This document shows, one piece after another, positions 31,315 to 39,098 of a stretch of 64,000 nt of DNA. Position numbers and translations under genes: made by a program. Position 1 is the stretch's first letter. Every line of letters begins with the position of its first letter. The stretch is from an uncultured Clostridia bacterium (lineage in GTDB: Bacteria > Bacillota > Clostridia > Christensenellales > CAG-917): NCBI GenBank assembly GCA_934254835.1, contig CAKQMI010000001.1:14588-78587 (forward strand). The letters run 5' to 3'. The notes below the pieces were generated by a model, which did no database searches, was not told the DNA's origin, and worked only from the letters and a program-made list of their open reading frames with translations.

Positions 31315-31427
31315 TTTGCGATCTTTTGAGTTTTTTCGAGAACCTGAAAATCCGTGTACGCAATAGTACACTAGGATTTTCAGAACCCCGAAAGAAACGT
31401 CAAAACCTCATCAAATTCTTGACGTTT
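31303..31427 (+). repeat. 125-bp three-tier hairpin unit, copy D1
   Basis: Arms AAACGTCAATAATTTGCGAT / ATCAAATTCTTGACGTTT, apical hairpin CTGAAAATCC-GTGTAC-GCAATA-GTACAC-TAGGATTTTCAG. Its first 12 nt encode the last three codons and the TAA stop of the upstream gene. Confidence 0.85.
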
Positions 31428-31604
31428 CGTACAACATATATAATCGCACTTTTTGAGTTTTCGGCAGAACTTGCTCGGTTGCGTACGAAATAGTACGCGC
31501 GCTCGCAAAACCTGCCGAGAAACGTCAATGGGGCCCCCGCGAGATACTTTGTACTCGTGGGGCATAGAGGCATCAAATTCTTGACGTTTCGTACAACATA
31601 TATA
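31428..31604 (+). repeat. Variant hairpin unit D2 with an extra inserted hairpin
   Basis: Shares the inner left arm and full right arm with D1. It carries GCGTAC-GAAATA-GTACGC and GGGGCCCCCGCGAGATACTTTGTACTCGTGGGGC hairpins. The direct repeat TTGACGTTTCGTACAACATATATA occurs at both ends. Confidence 0.75.
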
Positions 31605-31610
31605 AATTAA

Positions 31611-31637
31611 AGCATCTCGAACGAGGTGCTTTTTTTG
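31611..31637 (+). terminator. Intrinsic terminator downstream of the D1/D2 repeats
   Basis: Stem AGCATCTCG / CGAGGTGCT followed by T7. Confidence 0.7.
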
Positions 31638-31740
31638 TGTCGTTTTCCCCATTCAGGGAACCCGCGCGTCGCTAACCCTGAATTCCCCTTTCACGGGTTT
31701 TGAAAAGCGTGGTTTTCAAAAACCGAACAGCGGTGGATTA

Positions 31741-32045
31741 ATTATAATATATCATAAGATGTCATTCTGAGGAGCGAAGCGACGTGAGAATCTCCCGGAA
31801 GGGAACCTTGTTGCTTATGCAGTGATATGCCTACGGCGTGATATTGTCTTCGACAGTGATATTGCGTTGCAGTGATATTTGCCCTGTGGGCAAGTTGCGG
31901 ATAAACACCTTAGCTTTGGCGACAGCCAAAATATAACTTTGACGAAGTCAAAATATAATTTGCATTGCAAATATAACTTGCGTAGCAAATTTAACTTGCG
32001 TAGCAAATTTAACTTGCGAAGCAATCTAACCCACGCAAGACACTT
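31741..32045. repeat. Repeat cluster D, distal part (GTCATTCTGAGG arm plus mini-hairpin arrays)
   Basis: 31761-31807 is a family arm. 31819-31900 holds GTGATAT plus a small hairpin, four times. 31935-32027 holds five ~18-nt units of the form AACTTGCNNNGCAAAT. Confidence 0.8.
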
Positions 32046-32162
32046 GTACTTGTGTGGAGAAAATGTGAGTATTGACAAAAAGCCGTGGAATAAAGTATAA
32101 TTTTATCAAGTCGTTGTCGCTTTTTCAATGAAAATACAAAAGACAACAAAAGGGAGAAAAAT

Positions 32163-33077
32163 ATGAAAAAGAAACTTGTTTTAGTTTTGACAGCGTTCGC
32201 GTTTTTCACGACGCTGTTTTCTTTTACCGCGTGCGCAAAAGACAAGGTAAATATCAAAAAAGGAATGAAGCCCGAAAAGGTTTTTGAAATGCTTGCAAAT
32301 GCAAAAATCACTTCGTTTACGACAGAGGGAAAAAGAGGAGAAGAAGTGACGCGTCGGACTTTTACTGCGGAAGGATATACGATGATGAAAACAGGAGGAG
32401 AAGACGCGGGCATTGAAGCGGAAATCTATGACGGAAAACGACGTTATTCCATAACAAAAAATGCAGAAGAAGACAGCATCGAAATTATGGATATGATGGG
32501 AGTAAAATACGACAACTTTGACGGAAAGAATTTTGTCCTTAATACAGATCTTTTTTGGCCACTTTCCAATTATATTTATAACGAGAGAAACGGTTATAAA
32601 AACAATTTTACGGTAAACTTCGAGAAAGACAAAATAATATTCGCTTACAAAAACAATTATACATTTACAATTTACGGAATCAACAACACAACGCTCGAAA
32701 TACCCGATAAATATAAAGATTATGCGACGCGTCCGACAACCAAATATCTTGCGAATTTTGAAGACACAGAATACGGGTTTGCATTTACAGGGCTGAATAC
32801 GTGGATAGATGATGAGTTTGTCATTCCCGAAAAATTTGACAAAAAGGACGTTGTGGCGATAAAACTTGTTGAAAGCTTTTACGACTGCGAAAAACTTACA
32901 ATCCCCGTCAGCATAAAGAAAATTGATGGTTTTTCATACTTTTTTGGCGATATCGATGAAATGTATTATGCAGGAACAAAGGAGCAATGGAACGCCATTG
33001 AGTTGACGGGAGCCGAAGTTTATAAAGACATCGTTGTGAAATGCTCGAACGGCGACGTCGTCATCACAAAGAACTAA
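32163..33077 (+). CDS. Putative lipoprotein, unknown function
   Basis: 304 aa with a signal peptide and lipobox (FSFTAC). The C-terminal block YYAGTKEQWNAIE..KDIVVKCSNGDVVITKN is shared with the next gene. Confidence 0.7.
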   Translation: MKKKLVLVLTAFAFFTTLFSFTACAKDKVNIKKGMKPEKVFEMLANAKITSFTTEGKRGEEVTRRTFTAEGYTMMKTGGEDAGIEAEIYDGKRRYSITKNAEEDSIEIMDMMGVKYDNFDGKNFVLNTDLFWPLSNYIYNERNGYKNNFTVNFEKDKIIFAYKNNYTFTIYGINNTTLEIPDKYKDYATRPTTKYLANFEDTEYGFAFTGLNTWIDDEFVIPEKFDKKDVVAIKLVESFYDCEKLTIPVSIKKIDGFSYFFGDIDEMYYAGTKEQWNAIELTGAEVYKDIVVKCSNGDVVITKN

Positions 33078-33090
33078 GGGGGAAAGAAAC

Positions 33091-34089
33091 ATGAAAAAGA
33101 AAATCATATTGATATTAACAGCAATAATGATTGTCCTTTCCACGGCGATAGTGTGCGTTGCATGCAAAGGCGCAAAAACCGTAAAGTTTGATAAAAAAAT
33201 GGGAATAGGCGAAATAATGTCGGCGCTTGTAAAAACCGATATTAAAAATTTCACCAAGGTTACGATAGAAAAAGAGGTCACCAACGAAGAATACGTTACA
33301 AAAACATACTACACGCAAAGCGGATATGGAAGCGTTTACGAAAAAAACGGAGAAAAAATAAGCGCGTACGCACAGTTTTTTGAGGGCAACAGATATTACG
33401 ATCTAACAAAATACAGCGACCAAAGAACAGCAAAATACGTTTGCTCGATTGGTGACAACGAGGTAAAAAAAGAAAGTATTGACATTACGCAAAACAGTCT
33501 TTCCGACTTAATCGTAAGTCTATATTCAATAAAAGAATGTGGAGGGAAATCCGGTTTTAGCAACCGGTATGAAGGCGCAAAGGTTTACGTTGAAGACAAA
33601 AATGGTTTTGTTATTGAAACACAAAGAGACAAACAAATATTCAAAGATTTCAACAAAACAAAGTTGAACGTTGACGAGTTTGAAGGCTATAAGAATTGTG
33701 ACGCAATACCAATTGATAATTGCAAAGAATCCGAAGACGGGACGTACTATGAGTCTCTTGGCATTTTGGAATATTTCGGACCATATATACACATAACAAT
33801 GCGTATGAAAAGCTATACGATTCAACCGCAATTTACAAAAGACGGCAAGACATTGCCCGTAAAAGTTGCCCATTTAAGTGATTATAGAATCGATAAATTC
33901 ATTATTCCAACGAGTATCGAAAAGGTCTTTTTCGACGACTACGCCGAATATAAAGAATACTGTTATTTGGGGACGAAAGCAGAGTGGGAAAGCAAAGTAA
34001 CCGTTGAAAAAAAGCCTAATAAAGACATCGTTGTGAAATGCTCGGACGGCGACGTCACGGTGAAAAAACAAGCAACGGAAAACCCGTAA
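33091..34089 (+). CDS. Putative lipoprotein, paralog of 32163..33077
   Basis: 332 aa with lipobox VCVAC. Its C-terminus reads CYLGTKAEWESKV..KDIVVKCSDGDVTVKKQ. Confidence 0.7.
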   Translation: MKKKIILILTAIMIVLSTAIVCVACKGAKTVKFDKKMGIGEIMSALVKTDIKNFTKVTIEKEVTNEEYVTKTYYTQSGYGSVYEKNGEKISAYAQFFEGNRYYDLTKYSDQRTAKYVCSIGDNEVKKESIDITQNSLSDLIVSLYSIKECGGKSGFSNRYEGAKVYVEDKNGFVIETQRDKQIFKDFNKTKLNVDEFEGYKNCDAIPIDNCKESEDGTYYESLGILEYFGPYIHITMRMKSYTIQPQFTKDGKTLPVKVAHLSDYRIDKFIIPTSIEKVFFDDYAEYKEYCYLGTKAEWESKVTVEKKPNKDIVVKCSDGDVTVKKQATENP

Positions 34090-34114
34090 AACAAAACAAA
34101 ATATCCACAAAAAA

Positions 34115-34136
34115 AGCACCGTTTCGGTGCTTTTTT
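34115..34136 (+). terminator. Intrinsic terminator after the lipoprotein pair
   Basis: Stem AGCACCG / CGGTGCT followed by T6. Confidence 0.75.
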
Positions 34137-34274
34137 GATAGATGGAATTCTATATTGTATATAAAAAATACATAATGCTTGCAAATATATTTTTGATATA
34201 GTATTATAATTATTAATAAATAATGCGATATTATGTCGTTTCGATAATAAATCGGACGGCTTGTTGGAGGAAAT

Positions 34275-37200
34275 ATGAAAGGCGCTTTGGGAAGATTTCT
34301 CACATTTCTTTTAGGGCTTGTCGTGGGCGTACTGCTTGTTGGCGGGACGATTGCGGGTGTCGTTTACTATGCGGTGGCGGGCGTCACCATTAACGACGTC
34401 GAAAATTACACGAAACAAGAGTTTACCTTTATCGACAAAAATGCGGAAATCCGCGGGAAGTCCCTGTTGGATATTTACGATATGATGAAGGGCGGAAACA
34501 TAAGAGAGACCACGGTGGCGGACGCCAAGCGCGTATTCGGCATCGACATTATCACCATACTCGAAAACACGCTGGAAATCAAAGTCGACGACAAAAACCG
34601 CGACAAACTCAGCGCATTGAAAGTTACCGAAATTTTCAAAGGCGACAACTTAAAAACCGTCCTCAACTGCGTGACTCTCGGCGATATCCTGCAAAAAACG
34701 GGCGTTGACACGACGACGGGGCTTGCAAGCAAACCTATTTTGCAAGAGCATATCAACGAGCCCGTCATCGACGGACTTAACGCAATGTTGAAGTCTTTTG
34801 AAATAAACAATATGACTATTGCCGAAATGCAATATTTGCTTGGCGTGTCGTTTGGCGCGGGCGGAGTGCTGGACACCATCGCGAACGTAAAAATCGGCGA
34901 ACTTAATTCGGCAATCAACAACGTAAAATTTGAAGACATTTTGCCCGACTTCGACCGCGACCACTATACAATGTGGGACAGCGCGAATAAAAAAGCCGTC
35001 AGATTCTCGCGAAAGAGCGCGCAATTCACGGTCAATAGCCTTTTCAAAACGGACGGAACAAGCGACTTCTTTGAGTATGTCCCGACCGATAAAAAAGTCG
35101 GTGGCGAAACTTATTACGCTTTGGACGCCGAAAAAGGAATTATCAAAGTCAGCGACAACGGCAACTGGAAATTGAAAGAGGGTAAGGAACTGCCCGATTT
35201 CAGGAACAGATACGACAAAGAAGGCAACCAAAACCGCTTTGGCATCGCATACGTCGTGCCCAAAGACAGCCACGGTATGACCGTCACCGAAAGATATAAG
35301 GATGACGCATGCACGATAAGCGACGAAAGCGGATTGTTCTATTACGAATATACCGAAAACGCAAGCGGTGATTATTACCGTGTCGGCGCGGCGATCCGCA
35401 CGAAGATTCAGGACGCAACCGCGACCGAACCCGCAAAATACAGCGAAATCATCGAATGGCGCGGATACGTCGAAAAGACAAAAGCCGACTACTTCGAAGC
35501 CGAGCCTTGGAAAACTTACGGATACAGCAGGAGCGGTGAAGTCACCGACGAAAAACTTATGGAACACGATAGTGACGACGCCCTTGCAATATACGCACTT
35601 ATGCACGTCGGAAAGAGCGAGCCCGTCCTCAAAGCACTTGCGGACGAAACGCTGAACACCCTTGACGGCGCAATCGGCGATATGAAACTCGGGCAGATTG
35701 TCACAATCAACGACGACAGCCCCGCCATCTTGAAAGAACTGAAAAACAGCAGTATATCAAGTATCGGTGAAGACATCAAAAAAATCAAAATCGGCACGAT
35801 TATGAAAGTCAATGCCGACAACGTCGCAGAAAAAGCGACGGACGGCGAATATATCGCGCTTCCCGCGGGCAAAGAATACAAAGGCACGTTTATCACCGCA
35901 AAAGACGGGGATAAAACCGTGTATCTTGTGAAATACAAGAAAGGGCTTGTCGGGTTTGGCGAAAGATATAATATCACCGAAAAGGCGAGTAACGGCGTTG
36001 TCGTCGCGCTTGCCGACAAGACCATCGGCGACCTGCAAGAAAGAGGTATCGACGACCTTATCAACGACGCTCTGCTTTCCGACGTTATGGATATCGACGG
36101 CGACGTGTTCGTTGAGGACGCGTCGGGCGAGTTCGTGTTTGACACTGACACCGCGGGCAAAAACGGATTTTTCCGTCTTGCGACGGCGGGCGAGGACGCA
36201 ACGCACAAGAGAGTGTACGAGGGCGCAAGCAACGCCGTTGTCAAAAAACTTTCAACTGTCGGCGTACAAAATATAGCCAACCGTATGGACGACGTTGTTG
36301 ACAGCACGCTCTTAAAGGAAGTCGTTGACGTACAAGAAAGATACGAATTAAGAAAAGCAACCACCGATGAAATCGCCAACAACGCCGTCAAAAAATACTT
36401 CGACTTGACCGCCATATACGGAGATAAAGATACGGTGTTTGAAGGCACGTTCAACGTGGGTTACGACCAAGACGACGAAGACAAAAAAGACATCAGATTT
36501 GTGAGCGTGGGCGACACCTCTCTCCCCGCCGGCACGACGCAGTACGTCATCGTCAAAAAGGCGAGTTCCGGGGTGCTTGTCGGATTGCAGGACAAAACGA
36601 TTGGCAACCTTTCTTCGGGCGTTGACGTCGTTGTCGGAGGAACGAAACTTCACGACGTTTTGGAAATCGACGGCAGAGTTTACGTCAAGGCAAACAATTA
36701 TGAAGAAGCGGTTGCAAACAGCGTCACCGGCACCGCATATTATAAGGACGGCAACCTGTTCCTTGAGGCGGACTATATCAGAAATAAAAACGGAAAATAT
36801 GTGAAGATAGACGGCAAGTATTATGAGTTTGGAAACCTCTATAAAGAAACGGCGGGCGGTTACGTTGTTGACAACGCCAACGGCACGCACTTCTTGTATG
36901 AAGGAAACTATTATAAAATCGCCGACTACAAACGCTATAACTTCGACGGCGAAACCGTGACCGAGTTCTACGCCTGCGTCTATGAGGGCAAGACCGAAAA
37001 AATCCTTGCCAAAATGGCGACGATGACCGTTCAGGACCTCGCAAAAGACGGCACAATGGAAAAGGTCATGAACGATATGAGGCTCAACGAGGTTATGAAA
37101 ATCAAAGACAGCACCAGCATTTTGTACGGGCTTGACAACAGCAAACTTTCCTCTGTCGAGGCGGAAGTGACCGACAAAATAAAAGATGCAACCTTGCGCG

Positions 37201-37352
37201 AACTGAACAACTGGGGCAATCTCGGGCTTAAAGAAACCGACGATGAACTCAAAAAGAAAGTTTACTACAACGGCGCAACAATCGAGGTTGGCGATATGAA
37301 AGCGGTCGAATTCTTAATCCTTGCTATCAAAGCATTGCCGACGCTACCATGA
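34275..37352 (+). CDS. Large (1025 aa) N-terminally membrane-anchored repeat protein, unknown function
   Basis: RBS GGAGGAAAT. One N-terminal TM helix, then at least six copies of a ~40-aa module, for example ALADKTIGDLQERGIDDLINDALLSDVMDIDG and GLQDKTIGNLSSGVDVVVGGTKLHDVLEIDG. Confidence 0.75.
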   Translation: MKGALGRFLTFLLGLVVGVLLVGGTIAGVVYYAVAGVTINDVENYTKQEFTFIDKNAEIRGKSLLDIYDMMKGGNIRETTVADAKRVFGIDIITILENTLEIKVDDKNRDKLSALKVTEIFKGDNLKTVLNCVTLGDILQKTGVDTTTGLASKPILQEHINEPVIDGLNAMLKSFEINNMTIAEMQYLLGVSFGAGGVLDTIANVKIGELNSAINNVKFEDILPDFDRDHYTMWDSANKKAVRFSRKSAQFTVNSLFKTDGTSDFFEYVPTDKKVGGETYYALDAEKGIIKVSDNGNWKLKEGKELPDFRNRYDKEGNQNRFGIAYVVPKDSHGMTVTERYKDDACTISDESGLFYYEYTENASGDYYRVGAAIRTKIQDATATEPAKYSEIIEWRGYVEKTKADYFEAEPWKTYGYSRSGEVTDEKLMEHDSDDALAIYALMHVGKSEPVLKALADETLNTLDGAIGDMKLGQIVTINDDSPAILKELKNSSISSIGEDIKKIKIGTIMKVNADNVAEKATDGEYIALPAGKEYKGTFITAKDGDKTVYLVKYKKGLVGFGERYNITEKASNGVVVALADKTIGDLQERGIDDLINDALLSDVMDIDGDVFVEDASGEFVFDTDTAGKNGFFRLATAGEDATHKRVYEGASNAVVKKLSTVGVQNIANRMDDVVDSTLLKEVVDVQERYELRKATTDEIANNAVKKYFDLTAIYGDKDTVFEGTFNVGYDQDDEDKKDIRFVSVGDTSLPAGTTQYVIVKKASSGVLVGLQDKTIGNLSSGVDVVVGGTKLHDVLEIDGRVYVKANNYEEAVANSVTGTAYYKDGNLFLEADYIRNKNGKYVKIDGKYYEFGNLYKETAGGYVVDNANGTHFLYEGNYYKIADYKRYNFDGETVTEFYACVYEGKTEKILAKMATMTVQDLAKDGTMEKVMNDMRLNEVMKIKDSTSILYGLDNSKLSSVEAEVTDKIKDATLRELNNWGNLGLKETDDELKKKVYYNGATIEVGDMKAVEFLILAIKALPTLP

Positions 37353-37924
37353 CCTATCACGTTAGAAAATACAAAGACGAGGATCGCGACGCCGTAAGGA
37401 AGATTTGTCACCTCACGGCAACCGCGCCCGCCTACGTCAAAAATCCCGAACTTGTCGCAACGCTTTACGCCGATTATTACATCGAGTTCGAGCCCGACGG
37501 CATTTTCGTTTTGGCGCGCGACGAGGACGACGTGGCGGTCGGCTATATCCTGTCGAGCCTTGACTACAAATCATTTTTGAAAACTTTCAATAAGTACTTT
37601 ATGCCACGGGTAAGGAAACTTTCAAGGCTTGAAGCGTTCACGCACTTTTTCGCTTTCCGCCAAAGTCTTTATATGGACGCGAAAAAATACCCCGCGCACC
37701 TGCATATCGACATTTTGCCCGGGGCGCAACACCAAGGATACGGCGCGAAACTTATGGACGCACTCATGGACTACCTCTTTGAAAAGGGCGTGAAAGGCGT
37801 GCATCTGGGCGTCGGCGCGGACAACGCGGGCGCAATCAGGTTTTACGAGAAGTATGGGTTTACGATGATACACAACTTTAAATCTTTTGGCAAAGTCTTC
37901 GCCAAAACAATAAAACGGCGATAA
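37349..37924 (+). CDS. GNAT-family N-acetyltransferase
   Basis: 191 aa with an acetyl-CoA motif region QHQGYGAKLMDAL and AIRFYEKYGF. An ATGA overlap links it to the upstream gene. Confidence 0.8.
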   Translation: MTYHVRKYKDEDRDAVRKICHLTATAPAYVKNPELVATLYADYYIEFEPDGIFVLARDEDDVAVGYILSSLDYKSFLKTFNKYFMPRVRKLSRLEAFTHFFAFRQSLYMDAKKYPAHLHIDILPGAQHQGYGAKLMDALMDYLFEKGVKGVHLGVGADNAGAIRFYEKYGFTMIHNFKSFGKVFAKTIKRR

Positions 37925-38035
37925 TTTGCGATATTCTGCTTTTTCGGCGGAACCCCGCTCGGTTACGTACGTCAGTACGCGCCCTCGCGAGAACCCGCCG
38001 AGAAAAACACAATCTCATCAAATTCTCGCCGTTTT
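37912..38035 (+). repeat. 124-bp three-tier hairpin unit, copy E1
   Basis: Its outer 43 nt and 45 nt are identical to copy F1 (50812-50936), but the apical hairpin differs (ACGTAC-GTCA-GTACGC core). Its first 13 nt encode K-R-R and the TAA stop of the GNAT gene. Confidence 0.9.
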
Positions 38036-38080
38036 ATAGGGAAAGAATTATCTCATCAAAATTCTGACTTTTTAGAGGCA

Positions 38081-38250
38081 GGGGACCCCGCGGGATACTG
38101 TGTACCCGTGGGGAGAAGGAGCAAACGAGCATAAGACAAACAAACAAATGAAATGAGATTGTTTGGTCAAAAGCGAGATTTGCGACGCGTACACTAGGAT
38201 TTTCAGAACCTGCAAAGAACCCCAAAAATCCATCAAATTCTCGCCGTTTT
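38081..38250 (+). repeat. 170-nt conserved module, copy E2
   Basis: About 90 percent identical by eye to 51207-51377. It has a GGGG..CCCGCGGGATACT.TGTAC..CG.GGGG hairpin, a CAAACAAACAAA tract, GCGACGCGTACACTAGGATTTTCAGAAC, and ends in ATCAAATTCTCGCCGTTTT. Confidence 0.85.
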
Positions 38251-38289
38251 AATTAAGATTATTATTTTTACGTTGCACAAAATCTGCCG

Positions 38290-38800
38290 TTTTTAATAGA
38301 TTTTATTTGTCATTGCGAGCGTCGTGACGTTTCTTTCTTCTGTCATTGCGAGGAGCGAAGCGACGTGGCAATCTCCCGGAAGGGTATCCTTTTATGTCAT
38401 TCTGAGGAGCGAAGCGACGTGAGAATCGCCTGGGAAGGCACCATATCATACTGGCATTTATGAGGTTTCGTTCCCACGAGATTCCCACGCTACGCTCGGA
38501 ATGACAACAAGAGTTTCTCACACAAGCAAAAGAGTGAGCGTTATCGCTTGCGATAACGTGATTTCAAAAGCGAAGTGTGTGACGCAGTGACGTGGCAATC
38601 TCCCGGAAGGGTATCCTTTTATGTCATTCTGAGGAGCGAAGCGACGTGAGAATCTCCCGGAAGGGCAACCTTGTTGCTTTCGCAGTGATATTGTCTTCGA
38701 CAGTGATATTTGCCCTGCGGGCAAGTTGCGGATAAATACCTTAGCTTTGGCGACAGCCAAAATATAACTTGCATTGCAAAAATAATCGTTCTTGTCCTCG
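38290..38800. repeat. Repeat cluster E, distal part
   Basis: Contains GTCATT(C/G)(T/C)GAGG-family arms at 38341, 38395 and 38623, the 95-nt module at 38518-38612, and a GTGATAT mini-hairpin array at 38681-38783 homologous to 31819-31960. Confidence 0.85.
38395..38506. repeat. 112-bp palindromic element of the GTCATTCTGAGG family
   Basis: TGTCATTCTGAGGAGCGAAGCGACGTGAGAATCGCCTGGGAAGGCACC, a 21-nt loop, then GGTTTCGTTCCCACGAGATTCCCACGCTACGCTCGGAATGACA. Homologs are at 50969-51080 and 51483-51600. Confidence 0.85.
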
Positions 38801-38822
38801 GTGCACAAGTTACGGCGTATAG

Positions 38823-38851
38823 TTGACAATTTTCGCAATAATAAATATAAT
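38823..38851 (+). promoter_or_regulatory. Sigma-A-type promoter of the cysE-cysS leader
   Basis: TTGACA (38823-38828), a 17-nt spacer, then TATAAT (38846-38851). Confidence 0.65.
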
Positions 38852-38857
38852 ATATTA

Positions 38858-39082
38858 AACTCACAGGCGATGAGAAACAAGAGTAGCGCAGGACGCCACA
38901 CAGAGAGAAAACCCTTTTGGCTGTAAGGTTTTTTGGATAATTGCGTGAAGTGCGGTTTTGAGCCTTGCGGGAGGAAATGCCCGCGCGTGTGCGCAAGCGG
39001 AATTGCGCTATCCTTGCTTGAGGTGGAACAACGGAGTAATATTTGCCCGTCCTTAAAGGAAACTTTTTGGACGGATTTTTTA
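38858..39082 (+). promoter_or_regulatory. T-box riboswitch leader (expected Cys specifier) controlling cysE-cysS
   Basis: Stem I signature GCGATGAGAAACAAGAGTA, AGAGAG box, T-box-like GAGGTGGAACAACGG (39018-39034), and a terminator CCGTCCTTAAAG-GAAA-CTTTTTGGACGG plus T-run (39047-39082). Several TGC triplets are present but the specifier was not assigned. B. subtilis cysES is T-box regulated. Confidence 0.75.
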
Positions 39083-39098
39083 TTAAAGGAAGGAAAGA

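Noticed and set aside
31303-31427. Hairpin units as integron attC sites, with the 27.7-38.8 kb segment as a cassette array
   Set aside because: The unit ends (AAAAC.../...GTTTT) do not fit the RYYYAAC/GTTRRRY core sites, and no intI gene or attI is present. The same units also follow core genes (jag, ktrA) far from the accessory segment.
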